Shown here: positions 49,701 to 59,037 of the stretch, piece by piece
How positions within the stretch are numbered: the stretch's first letter is position 1
Layout: the number at the start of each line of letters is the position of its first letter
Assembly (NCBI GenBank): GCA_963845065.1
Contig: CAWJQQ010000009.1
Coordinates: forward strand, 832,001-896,000
DNA: 64,000 bases
Direction: 5' to 3'
Source: Nitrospirota bacterium
GTDB lineage: Bacteria > Nitrospirota > UBA9217
Position numbers and translations under genes: made by a program
Notes under the pieces: model-generated
Databases searched by the model: none
The model's input: the letters and a program-made list of their open reading frames with translations, nothing else
What the model was told of the DNA's origin: nothing

Positions 49701-50844
49701 TTTGTCCGCGTGTCGGATCGGCGAAAAATCGGTAGAGCAAATACAGGGCAAAGCAGGACGCCATAAGTGGCGGCAGCCAAATTGCCTCTGCGTGCGGTGC
49801 AAGCAGTGGTTGGAAGAAGCCGCTGCAAATCAAGGCCAACGCAATGCCTGTAAGCAGTATTCCGGCCACTACCCGCTTTTCGATCAGAAAAGCCTGTGAC
49901 AAGAACACGGCAATCGCTGGACCGAGCAGAGCATAGGTTACGGTCTCTGTTCGTGGACTGAACAATATAATGTAGGTTGCGGTCAGTGAAAACAGATAGA
50001 CTGTATAACGGTCAGGATGATGCCCCCGTCTAGCTACGATGCATAAAGCAAGCGTTATGAATGCGGCGATGAGACGACATGATGTCTGAATAAATTCCGG
50101 CACTTCGAAACCTGCGACCCGCAACGCGGTGAAGGGCGTCGACCAGCCATTGGCCACAACGCCTACGTGAGCAGCCATCGTTGTATTGTGGAGGCATGCC
50201 GAGTATTGCTGAAGAACGTAGCCGGGGTGCTGTACAAGAAAAGGCGCAAGTGCCATTGCTACCATTCCAAGGAAAACTCGCCAGGTCATCGGGCGTTCGA
50301 TTACCATGATCAGCAGCACGAGAACGATGATCAGGGGCTTAAGAGACAGACCGAGCGACAACCACAACGTCGCTCGCCACCAACGGGAGTGGGCCACATC
50401 ACCGACCGCCAAGAGCATTAAACCGGTCATGGCAAGTGTAGCCTGTCCATTCCGCGCACAGTCCCACGCAAAAGGAATGGTTACGAGTGTCATCAGCGGA
50501 AACAGTTCAATTCCCGATCTCTCACCCGCGTGCTGTGAAAAGTTGCGGAGGCCTATCGCGAAGGTCCCGATGTTGACGACGCGCCAAAACACTTCGCACA
50601 AAACCCGCGGGAGTAAGGCAAAAGGTACAAAGAGAATCGCAGCCTGCGGCAGGTAGACGAACCCACCGATGCCGGATCCGTCGTAAAGGCCCACTCCGTT
50701 GATCCAGTGTAAAGCGGCTTTCCAATAGGCGGGAATAGCCACGCGTGTGTTTCCGGCTACGATCATCGCAGCAATCACGAAGAACAGAGTGACCCAGCCA
50801 AACCACGCAAATTGGACTTTCCTTCTAACGGTTAATGATGTCAT
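49651..50844 (-). CDS. GT87 (DUF2029)-like polytopic glycosyltransferase
   Basis: GFVYLPQAAILFVPFALLP...W, NGQ and LSLKP motifs; many TM helices; last ~16 codons come from the miniature element. Confidence 0.8.
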   Translation of the reverse strand: MTSLTVRRKVQFAWFGWVTLFFVIAAMIVAGNTRVAIPAYWKAALHWINGVGLYDGSGIGGFVYLPQAAILFVPFALLPRVLCEVFWRVVNIGTFAIGLRNFSQHAGERSGIELFPLMTLVTIPFAWDCARNGQATLAMTGLMLLAVGDVAHSRWWRATLWLSLGLSLKPLIIVLVLLIMVIERPMTWRVFLGMVAMALAPFLVQHPGYVLQQYSACLHNTTMAAHVGVVANGWSTPFTALRVAGFEVPEFIQTSCRLIAAFITLALCIVARRGHHPDRYTVYLFSLTATYIILFSPRTETVTYALLGPAIAVFLSQAFLIEKRVVAGILLTGIALALICSGFFQPLLAPHAEAIWLPPLMASCFALYLLYRFFADPTRGQSESTPQQSCGASGLET

Positions 50845-50906
50845 CGATCTTTCTTATATCGCATATTTAGCAATAACCTTTTTCTCGCAAAAAGATTACG
50901 CAACAG

Positions 50907-50938
50907 AATATACATCAAAAATGTTGCTTGATTATTAC
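50907..50938 (-). promoter_or_regulatory. Pho-box promoter of the GT87 gene
   Basis: Minus strand GTAATA-N5-GCAACA, 9 bp, TATATT. Confidence 0.62.
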
Positions 50939-50976
50939 GGCCGTACGGAATATCAACTGTCGGTTTATCAATGAAA

Positions 50977-51669
50977 TTATGATTCAACATAGTAGCCGAT
51001 TCCTCGCCTCGTCCTGACATACTTGGGACTCGAAGGATCGTCTTCAATCTGGGTGCGCAACCGCCTGATGTGGACGTCAACGGTCCTTGACTCGACGAAG
51101 GTCTCGTCCTCCCATACGGCATCGAGGAGTTGGTCCCGACTGAACACTCGGCCGCGGTGCTGGATGAGGTAGAGAAAAAGTTTGAATTCTGTGGCGCTGA
51201 GACTGAGCGGGACGCCCCGTTTCAAGACCGTGAAGGTCTCCAGGTTGATCACGAGATCCCCCAGCGTAATCGTTTTTTCCATTGACGTCCGCTCACCGGA
51301 CCTGCGCAGGATCGCTTTGACCCGGGCAATGAGTTCTTTGGGGCTGAACGGTTTGGTCATGTAATCGTCGGCGCCGGTCTCCAGACCGCGGATCTTGTCC
51401 GTTTCTTCACCTTTGGCTGTCAGCATGATGATGGGTATTTGGGCGGTTTTCTCGTTGTTTCTCAGAATGCGGCAGAGTTCCATACCGTGAATGCCGGGGA
51501 GCATGAGGTCGAGCACGATGAGGTCGAACCTGTCTTCCCGGACCCGTGCAAGCGCCTCTTCGCCGTCCGAAGCAGAAGCAACTGCGTACCCCGCTTTCTT
51601 GAGGTTGTAGGAAACAAGCTCTGTGATATCAGGCTCGTCATCGACAATCAATATCTTCTGGGCTGTCAT
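50977..51669 (-). CDS. phoB: OmpR-family response regulator, PhoB-like
   Basis: LDLMLP, MLTAKGEE.DKIRGLETGADDY.TKPFSPKEL.AR and RTVDVHIRRLR (PhoB-type recognition helix); phosphate-island context. Confidence 0.8.
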   Translation of the reverse strand: MTAQKILIVDDEPDITELVSYNLKKAGYAVASASDGEEALARVREDRFDLIVLDLMLPGIHGMELCRILRNNEKTAQIPIIMLTAKGEETDKIRGLETGADDYMTKPFSPKELIARVKAILRRSGERTSMEKTITLGDLVINLETFTVLKRGVPLSLSATEFKLFLYLIQHRGRVFSRDQLLDAVWEDETFVESRTVDVHIRRLRTQIEDDPSSPKYVRTRRGIGYYVES

Positions 51670-52094
51670 AGAGATAATAATCTCACTGATCGTAAAAAGG
51701 GTGACCGGGATTTCCCGGCTGACAAGAACTATTATTATCTATTCCAATAAATTTGTCAAAGCCGTTTTGTTGATGCATGTGCTTAGGAAATTAGCGCGGG
51801 AAACCCCCTGTGCTGTAACGGTGGGAGTGCGTCAATCGGCAAGATCTGCTGTATAGGTGATTGCGCAGGTGCAGCTTACTAGTCTAAATTGGGCTAGACA
51901 GTCGGTTGAAGGGCGCATCGTCTTTTTATGCTGCGTCCCTCAACCGCATATAGATGTTTTAGCTGGAATTTTACAGCATTAAAATCTTGCATCTATTGCT
52001 TCATTGTGGCATCCAGTATATATTGTATTAAGTTTACTGTTTCATCTATCCCGAAAAAGCTCAACTCCAGCCGACTCGATTAGGGATAGACTAT

Positions 52095-52991
52095 TTACGC
52101 AACTTTCTTTTGCAAGAATGCGGGCACGAACACCTCTTCACAGAACAATTCTATCGATGTTGGCGTCGTATTCTCCTTCGTACGCACAGCCTTAATCTTC
52201 CCATCATTGAAGGCCTGAGCCATTTCAACGTAAGTTCTGCTCATATCGGGCGATAGCCCCATCGCAACCATGGCTTTTTCAGCTTCGTCATAGGGGAACG
52301 TTATGTACGGTAGGCCAGGTAGCGAGATCTTGCTCCCGATGATGCTTGAAGCATCGGTCAAGGAGAGATCTCGCTGGCCAAGGAGATAATGGACTGACGA
52401 ACCGATGAAGTCCCGCTTCGCAAGGCGGTCCGTTGCAAACGCTGCGATGTCCTTCGTTGCGATCATGGAGAGCCTGAGGTCACCCTGAATCGCGCTGCCT
52501 GTGATGCCCTTGGACCTGATCAGATCGATGTTCCCGAGCAGATTCTCCATGAAGTAACCGGCTCGCATATGCACGACATTCAGCCCCTTGATCCTGTTCA
52601 GCCGCTCCTCCATATTATGAAGGCCCGTGATCGGCCCGGTCCCTCCACCTGTAATCTCTGCACCGACGCTCGATAAGTAGACGACGTACTTTACCTTGGC
52701 GATCTCCAGTGCTCGCGCGATGTTTTGGCCGATTGTATCGGCATAGCGAATGAACTCCGGCACCGTCGGGTTCGGCGGTATTAACGTGAAAACAGCATCA
52801 GCGTCCGTGAAGGCCTTTACCAGAAACTCGGTATCATTGGCGTCCCCCGCAAACGCTGTAACATTTTTACCTACGAGCTCCCGGAGACGGCCAGCCGACC
52901 GTGAGATCACGCGGACAGGTTCTTTCTTTTTTGTCAGGAAAGCGGCTATCTTTCCGCCCACATGGCCTGTTACACCCATTATAACAATCAT
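52095..52991 (-). CDS. NmrA-family NAD(P)-binding protein
   Basis: G.TGHVG, LSSVGA, R.GYFMENL and IATKDIA motifs; RBS GGAGG. Confidence 0.88.
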   Translation of the reverse strand: MIVIMGVTGHVGGKIAAFLTKKKEPVRVISRSAGRLRELVGKNVTAFAGDANDTEFLVKAFTDADAVFTLIPPNPTVPEFIRYADTIGQNIARALEIAKVKYVVYLSSVGAEITGGGTGPITGLHNMEERLNRIKGLNVVHMRAGYFMENLLGNIDLIRSKGITGSAIQGDLRLSMIATKDIAAFATDRLAKRDFIGSSVHYLLGQRDLSLTDASSIIGSKISLPGLPYITFPYDEAEKAMVAMGLSPDMSRTYVEMAQAFNDGKIKAVRTKENTTPTSIELFCEEVFVPAFLQKKVA

Positions 52992-53289
52992 ACCAACACC
53001 TCCCATGCCCTCATCATCCACTGTTGATGAGGGGTAATATCATCCTTTTTATATAAAGCGTAGCACCTGAACCAGCGCGCGTCAACCATCGTCATCGCAC
53101 GCATGGAAAGACCAAGTTAAAATATTGATAAAAAAGTCGCACTATAGCCGCACCATGGTCATGATCTTAGTGGTGAGTCAAGTCTTACAAACAGTCCGCC
53201 TTAAATCCTGCAACCTGCTAGGATTATAGGGATTTGCGGTTTATGATATCATGATCTCATCTTATATAGTAAAAGAGGGAGATGCGGTC

Positions 53290-53628
53290 ATGAAACAACC
53301 GGGCGATAAGATACCTGAATATCTGCTTGAAATGCAAGAATCATTGTTGTTGGCCCAGCTTCGCGCTATTCGTCAGCTTCGACCGTCAAAGGCAAAGGAC
53401 CATAAAGCGGCGGAGAATAAAGGTATGTCAAATATGGAGATGGCTATAGACATACTCATACGCGCCCGCCGCCCGCTCCATGTTTCAGAGATCATTTCTA
53501 AGGTTAAAACAGTTCATGGAACAAGCCTTGACCGGGAATCGCTCGTAAGCGCTCTGGCCAAGAAACTCAATAAGCTGCCAGGCCTTTCACGGACCGCGCC
53601 CAACACCTTTGCGATCTACGTCAAATGA
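53290..53628 (+). CDS. Small winged-helix DNA-binding protein, possibly mobile-element associated
   Basis: AIDIL..A.RPLHVSEII..V....G..LDRESLVSAL.KK...RTAPNTF; RBS GAGGGAG. Confidence 0.7.
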   Translation: MKQPGDKIPEYLLEMQESLLLAQLRAIRQLRPSKAKDHKAAENKGMSNMEMAIDILIRARRPLHVSEIISKVKTVHGTSLDRESLVSALAKKLNKLPGLSRTAPNTFAIYVK

Positions 53629-53995
53629 CGAAAGCCGCCGTTCGTTTCCGCAATAGAGAACGGATTGACTCGGACGAGCTTCTGCCTGGCTCTCGGTGCT
53701 GCGAAAGAAGCTGATGCGGTCAGAGCCTTTGTCGAGATTCCCAGAAAAAAGCCGCGCCATGGCTCTACCCGTACGCTCTCGTCACTTTCCATCGGCATCT
53801 TGCGGTTGTCATTACCCAAATTTGCGTCCCAAGCACGTTCGGAGATCTTTGTCCTTGTTCACTCAATCTTATCCGGCAAGGGCGTCGTCTCGTATTGCAT
53901 GGGGCCGCCATGATTTGGGTGATGAAAGTGCCGGTGGGCAAGGTTACGAATTGTATTGACTATTTATGATCTTTCTTGTAGAAAATAAAGAAAAG

Positions 53996-54144
53996 TCCAG
54001 GTACCGAAATGTATAATAGGGGAATCCCGTGGGAATCGGGAGTGGTCCCGCCACTGTAACCGGCACGAAAGCCAACGAAGCCACTGATATGAATATCGGG
54101 AAGGCTGGCAAGTAGGATGAACCGGGAGCCAGAAGACCTGCCTA
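53996..54144 (+). promoter_or_regulatory. Cobalamin riboswitch 1
   Basis: AGGT...AATAGGGGAATCCCGTGGGAATCGGGAGTGGTCCCGCCACTGTAAC...GCCACTG...GGGAAGG...GAGCCAGAAGACCTGCC (B12 box). Confidence 0.93.
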
Positions 54145-54282
54145 GAAATATGAGTTATCCGTAAGGGGTGATTGGGGAAGAAAGTAAATCCTGCTCACCT
54201 GTGCAACCTTCTCGCGGATAGAAGGGGATGAAGTAAACAGCGTGCAATCCTCAGGGCAATAGCTTTGAGGATTTTTCATTTT

Positions 54283-55836
54283 ATGGATACGATCTTGCCG
54301 TTCCAGCGTTACGATGCACAGACTGCCGGACCGCAGTACCTCGAAGATCTCGCTACGGCGCATTGGTTCTCCGAGGTTCTCTTTACGGCTGTTGAAATGG
54401 ACATCTTTTCCGTCATTGGTACGGAAGGGGCAACCGCTGGAGAACTATCCGCTGCTCTGGAAATCGATCTCCTCGGGATTGGTCGCTTTCTTCACGCTCT
54501 TAGTGCATTGGGCCTGGTAACGAGTGACGAGGAGCGATATTTCAACACGAAACTTTCCAGCGACTATCTTCTGCGCGGCAAGCATCAGTATCAGGGTGAT
54601 TCCATCCTCTGGAGGAAATATCTGCGCCCGGGCTGGGATAGACTGAAAGACTGCCTTAAGGAAGGCGGAAGAGTGGATTACAAAGGGAATGATGTACCTG
54701 CAGAGAGAATTGAACGTATAAAAAAATATATTCGCGCCATGGACGGCATTGCAAAAATGAAGGCGCTTGAAATTATCCGTTTTTTCGAGCCTTGTTCCAT
54801 GAAAGGGGAGATACTTGATGTCGGTGCCGGCTCGGGCGCGATTGCCGCGGCATTTCTTGATCTTTTTCCTAAAACAAACGTTACCATCATCGACCTGCCT
54901 GATGTCCTTGACCAAACTCGGGAGCTATTATCAACGCGGCGGCTTGGGAGCAGGTTGCGGTACTGTCCTGCAAATATCTTGGAACCATGGCCTGTTCAAA
55001 AACAAAACTTTGACTATATTATACTTTCAAACATTCTTCATGCCTATTCCGAGAAAGAATTGTCCCATATCCTTCTCTCATCCGCTAATTGTCTCGGGAA
55101 AAACGCTGTTCTAATGATACATGATTTCTTTCTGGAGCACTGCCCGGGAAAGGCCGCATTGAGCGATCTGAACATGTTCATAAATACATTCAACGGCAAG
55201 GTTTTTTCAAGCAAGGCCGTTCAAGTACAATTGCTGCAGCTGGGACTTTCCTGCACGGATCTTGTTCCGCTGCAGACAGATACCGCCATCCTCTTCGCCT
55301 CAAAAGACAAGGCAGCCATCCACTCTCTTCATCTCGACCCTACGGACCGTCTGGCTTCAAAGATTCGAGCTCAAGGCTTTAAAAAAGTGTATCGTATAAA
55401 GACAGAGGACATTCATATCCCTGCTTGGACGGATCTCCGGTGCCGGTTCGGATGCGACAGATACGGCGGTCGCCACTGTCCCCCCAACAGTCCTTCGGCT
55501 GAAAAGACGAGGGAAATCGTGAAAGACTTCAAGCATGCTTTACTTCTGGAAGGTGAGCCGCCAACGAAGTCTTTTCAATTGCAAGTTCTGCAGGCTGAGC
55601 ACGCCGCCTTCAGAGAGGGTTTCTATAAAGCCTTTTCCTATTGGGCGGGCCCGTGCTCTCTCTGTGATTCTTGCGCTGAAAAGGGACCATGCATCAACAC
55701 AAAGAACGCAAGGCCTTCCATGGAAGGAGCGGGTATCGACGTATTTGAGACCGCGCGGCGCGCGGGTGCGTCCCTGAGAACCCTGAAGAATAAAGACCAA
55801 TTTGTGAAATACTTTGCATTGATGCTTCTGGAGTGA
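54283..55836 (+). CDS. bzaC: 5-hydroxybenzimidazole O-methyltransferase with C-terminal DUF2284
   Basis: Dimerisation domain plus LDVGAGSG methyltransferase, fused to a Cys-rich domain (CRFGC...CPP, GPC.LC..C....C....ARPSMEG.GIDV); behind a B12 riboswitch and ahead of two B12-binding radical SAM genes. Confidence 0.82.
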   Translation: MDTILPFQRYDAQTAGPQYLEDLATAHWFSEVLFTAVEMDIFSVIGTEGATAGELSAALEIDLLGIGRFLHALSALGLVTSDEERYFNTKLSSDYLLRGKHQYQGDSILWRKYLRPGWDRLKDCLKEGGRVDYKGNDVPAERIERIKKYIRAMDGIAKMKALEIIRFFEPCSMKGEILDVGAGSGAIAAAFLDLFPKTNVTIIDLPDVLDQTRELLSTRRLGSRLRYCPANILEPWPVQKQNFDYIILSNILHAYSEKELSHILLSSANCLGKNAVLMIHDFFLEHCPGKAALSDLNMFINTFNGKVFSSKAVQVQLLQLGLSCTDLVPLQTDTAILFASKDKAAIHSLHLDPTDRLASKIRAQGFKKVYRIKTEDIHIPAWTDLRCRFGCDRYGGRHCPPNSPSAEKTREIVKDFKHALLLEGEPPTKSFQLQVLQAEHAAFREGFYKAFSYWAGPCSLCDSCAEKGPCINTKNARPSMEGAGIDVFETARRAGASLRTLKNKDQFVKYFALMLLE

Positions 55837-55841
55837 TCTAG

Positions 55842-57173
55842 ATGCGGATCCTTTTCATACAGACGCTTTCTGTCGAGGGGGTATCGCAAGAGAGAGTATA
55901 CCCCCTTGGGATTGTAACCCTGGCAGGTTGCCTTCAGGAACGCGGCTACGAGATCAGCATTGTCGATATGAACTTCGAGCATGACCCCTTCGGAGCGGTG
56001 AAGTTGAGGCTCCTCAGTTTTAAACCAGATGTAGTGGGTCTATCGCTACGAAACATCGATCCGCTTGCAAATAAGACCAGTTCGCTCATTCCTCCATTCC
56101 TTGTTACGGTACGGCTTGTAGCCTCCGTCATGCCGAAAGCATGGATAATCGCTGGCGGCGCAGGGTTTTCCCTGTTTCCGTGCCGGTTGATGCACGAGGC
56201 GCCGGAAATTCATTACGGCATTGTCGGAGAAGCAGAAACTTCCTTACCGCTCCTTCTTGCATCTCTCGAAAATCCTCCTCTCATCAAGGGGCTGTGCAGG
56301 CGGGAGGGGGGCGGAACAATTACCGGGTCTTCCTCCCGATGCCTGGATATGGCTCATTACGTGCGGCCGACCATGAGTCTGCTGGATCCGTCTCTCTATT
56401 CCGGCATCAATTCCTATGTGCCAGCTATCGGGATCGAAACAAAGCGTGGCTGTCCTTTTCACTGCGCCTACTGTGTATATCCCAGATTGCAAGGGAGCAA
56501 ACTGCGGTATCGGTCGCCGCGAGATGTGGTGGATGAAATGGAGTCGCTGAACAAGGAATACGGCATAAAGCGTTTTCATTTTACTGATCCCATCATAAAT
56601 TATCCCGGTGACCATCTAGGGGATATCTGCCATGAGATCATCAGAAGAAAACTGAAACTCAAATGGGACGGCTTCATGAGGGAAGATTATTTTAACGAAA
56701 GGAATGCGGCCCTTTTCGAGAAGGCAGGATGTGAGTGTTTTTCTTTTTCTCCGGATGGCCTCTGCCAGGAAGCCCTTGACATGCTCGACAAAAGAATGAG
56801 CGTTAAGGATATTCTGCGGGCTGCCAGGCTTGCCGCAAGAACTGACGTCGTCAGCGTTTACCATTTCATGGTAAATATCCCTGGCGAGACGGAAAAAACC
56901 TGCGAAAAGGGGCTTCGCTTTCTGGAACTGATTTACAATCAGCACAGCAGAAAGAGAAACCTTGGAACCGTTGTGCTGAATAATATCCGAATTTTACCAG
57001 GAACGCCGGTGGAAGCGATGGCCAGAGCTAAAGGCGTCATCAGACCGGATACGGACCTTCTGTATCCGACCTACTATAACCCGAGACCGTTCGAGACCTT
57101 CAGGTACCGGCTGGAAGCTCTGCATCTATCCCGAAATATATTCATGTGGCAGAAAGAAGGATCAGCCAAATGA
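55842..57173 (+). CDS. bzaD: B12-binding radical SAM methyltransferase
   Basis: YPLGI..LA, GLSLRNID and TKRGCPFHCAYC motifs; position after bzaC. Confidence 0.75.
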   Translation: MRILFIQTLSVEGVSQERVYPLGIVTLAGCLQERGYEISIVDMNFEHDPFGAVKLRLLSFKPDVVGLSLRNIDPLANKTSSLIPPFLVTVRLVASVMPKAWIIAGGAGFSLFPCRLMHEAPEIHYGIVGEAETSLPLLLASLENPPLIKGLCRREGGGTITGSSSRCLDMAHYVRPTMSLLDPSLYSGINSYVPAIGIETKRGCPFHCAYCVYPRLQGSKLRYRSPRDVVDEMESLNKEYGIKRFHFTDPIINYPGDHLGDICHEIIRRKLKLKWDGFMREDYFNERNAALFEKAGCECFSFSPDGLCQEALDMLDKRMSVKDILRAARLAARTDVVSVYHFMVNIPGETEKTCEKGLRFLELIYNQHSRKRNLGTVVLNNIRILPGTPVEAMARAKGVIRPDTDLLYPTYYNPRPFETFRYRLEALHLSRNIFMWQKEGSAK

Positions 57174-58696
57174 AAATCTTGCTGCTGGAGCATCCACGGA
57201 GCGTTTTTCCTGACCGGTGCAATGATATTGCCAACACCCCCCTTTCATCATGCCTTCTAAGCGGATATGCCGCAGGCATGCTCGCAAGAAAAGGGCATGA
57301 TGTCGAGATCGTGGAAGGCTATCTTAACAAGCTTTCGTACGAAGCTATCTTGAACATCGTAGACGCCATGAAACCGGACATTCTAGCAGTTCACCTCGTC
57401 TATCATTGGCAGAAGGACAATGCCCTCTTCAATTTTCTTGATACGATAAAGAGAGGGGGACAGGTGTCTTCTGTGACTGCATTCGGTTTTTATGCCACAA
57501 TCTCCTATGCAAATATCTTAAAAGACTATCATACCGTGGATTCAATCATTGTCGGAGAGCCAGAAAGGCCTTTTGCGGATCTTGCTGATGCGGCCGCGTT
57601 TAATAATTACACTCCTTGCATCCCGGGCCTGGCGATACGCGACGGGTTCGGCGGTATCAGGCTTCAAGCTCCAGATCCAATCGCAGACCTCAACAGTCTC
57701 CCGTTTCCCGTTCGAACCTCGGCAATGAACCGGCTTTCCGAGGTAAACTTACTTGGCAGCCGTGGATGCTACGGCAAGTGCACGTTCTGCTATATTAATT
57801 CTTTTTATGGGTTCGGAAACCCCTGGCGCGGGAGAAGTCCTGAGAACATTGCCGACGAAATTGACTCGATCATTGATGTACAAGGTCTGAGGGATTTCTA
57901 CTTTACCGATCCCAACTTTTTCGGTCCTGGACAAATGGGGCAGGACAGGGCCCTGCGCATTGCCTGCCTCCTCAAGCCCAAAAACATCCGGTTCGGCATA
58001 GAGGGAAGGGTCAATGATATCCGCGATGAGACGATCGACGCACTGGTGGATGCCGGTCTTCATCACATTCTCGTGGGGCTCGAAAGCGGAAAAGACGAGT
58101 CACTTAAACGAATGAATAAAATGACGACCGTGGCCCAGAATGAGAATGCACTCGCGATTCTTCGAAAGCACGGCGTGGAGCCGAATGTGGGATTCATCAT
58201 GTTCGAACCGGATTCCTCTCCTGACGATCTCCGAATCAATCTAGAGTTTTTGAAGAGAAACAATTTGCTAAAAAATCTTGCAATTACCGCGAACGTGCTC
58301 TACCATCACCAGATCGTTCTGGAGGGAACGCAGGCATATAATGATCTCAAAAAAGATAACCGGCTCGCTCTCGGGCCCACTTCATATGAGGGGACCACTT
58401 ATTTTAAGAACCCTGAAGTTGCAGTCCTAGCCGATATCATGAGGAAAACGACAAATATCCTTTTCAAAAGAATGGACGGCATATGGAGCGGTAACGTTAT
58501 CTATCCTCCGAGTATGCAGGAAAGGTATGATCAGGTGAATCATTTACTCGTGAAATTATTTGAAGACAACCTTGCATTTTTAGAAACGGGAGTGCGGTTG
58601 AACAAAGACCGGGCAGTATCCTTGATTTGTGAAATAGAAAAAGAGATAGATAAAATCTTATTGAATCTCGGTTCGGTGTCTGATGAGAGTAATTGA
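57170..58696 (+). CDS. bzaE: B12-binding radical SAM protein
   Basis: NDIANTPLSSCL.SGY, SRGCYGKCTFC, FTDPNFFGPG and GLESG motifs; ATG 57170 overlaps the bzaD stop. Confidence 0.72.
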   Translation: MKILLLEHPRSVFPDRCNDIANTPLSSCLLSGYAAGMLARKGHDVEIVEGYLNKLSYEAILNIVDAMKPDILAVHLVYHWQKDNALFNFLDTIKRGGQVSSVTAFGFYATISYANILKDYHTVDSIIVGEPERPFADLADAAAFNNYTPCIPGLAIRDGFGGIRLQAPDPIADLNSLPFPVRTSAMNRLSEVNLLGSRGCYGKCTFCYINSFYGFGNPWRGRSPENIADEIDSIIDVQGLRDFYFTDPNFFGPGQMGQDRALRIACLLKPKNIRFGIEGRVNDIRDETIDALVDAGLHHILVGLESGKDESLKRMNKMTTVAQNENALAILRKHGVEPNVGFIMFEPDSSPDDLRINLEFLKRNNLLKNLAITANVLYHHQIVLEGTQAYNDLKKDNRLALGPTSYEGTTYFKNPEVAVLADIMRKTTNILFKRMDGIWSGNVIYPPSMQERYDQVNHLLVKLFEDNLAFLETGVRLNKDRAVSLICEIEKEIDKILLNLGSVSDESN

Positions 58697-58863
58697 AGTG
58701 TCCGAATGAGAAAACGGAAAGGGGTGCAATTCCCCTGCTGTCGCGCAACTGTGATGGAAACGAAAGCCGTGTAAGCCACTGGATATAAGCCGTTTTATCG
58801 CACTAGACGGTGATTCCGGGAAGGCCGGCGAGTAGATCGTCCTAAGCCAGGAGACGTCTCATT
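58692..58863 (+). promoter_or_regulatory. Cobalamin riboswitch 2
   Basis: AAAACGGAAAGGGGTGCAATTCCCCTGCTGTCGCGCAACTGTGA...GCCACTGG...CCGGGAAGG...AAGCCAGGAGAC. Confidence 0.88.
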
Positions 58864-59037
58864 TAATATCCGCGTGGAAGGAGATAACAAATGTCATTCA
58901 TAAGATTTTTCGGAACACCATAGGTTTCGTAAAGCTGTTGCGTCAGGGGATAAGGAAGAGGCGTCGATTTAATCGATGATTGCTCGATTGCTGGACGGGT
59001 TACCCAACCAATTTTTGTCTTCAAAAGGAGCTGATTC

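Noticed and set aside
51796..51835. GAAACCCCCTGTGCTGTAACGGTGGGAGTGCGTCAA as an IS605-type right end
   Set aside because: Plausible relic, but degenerate and isolated; not enough to call
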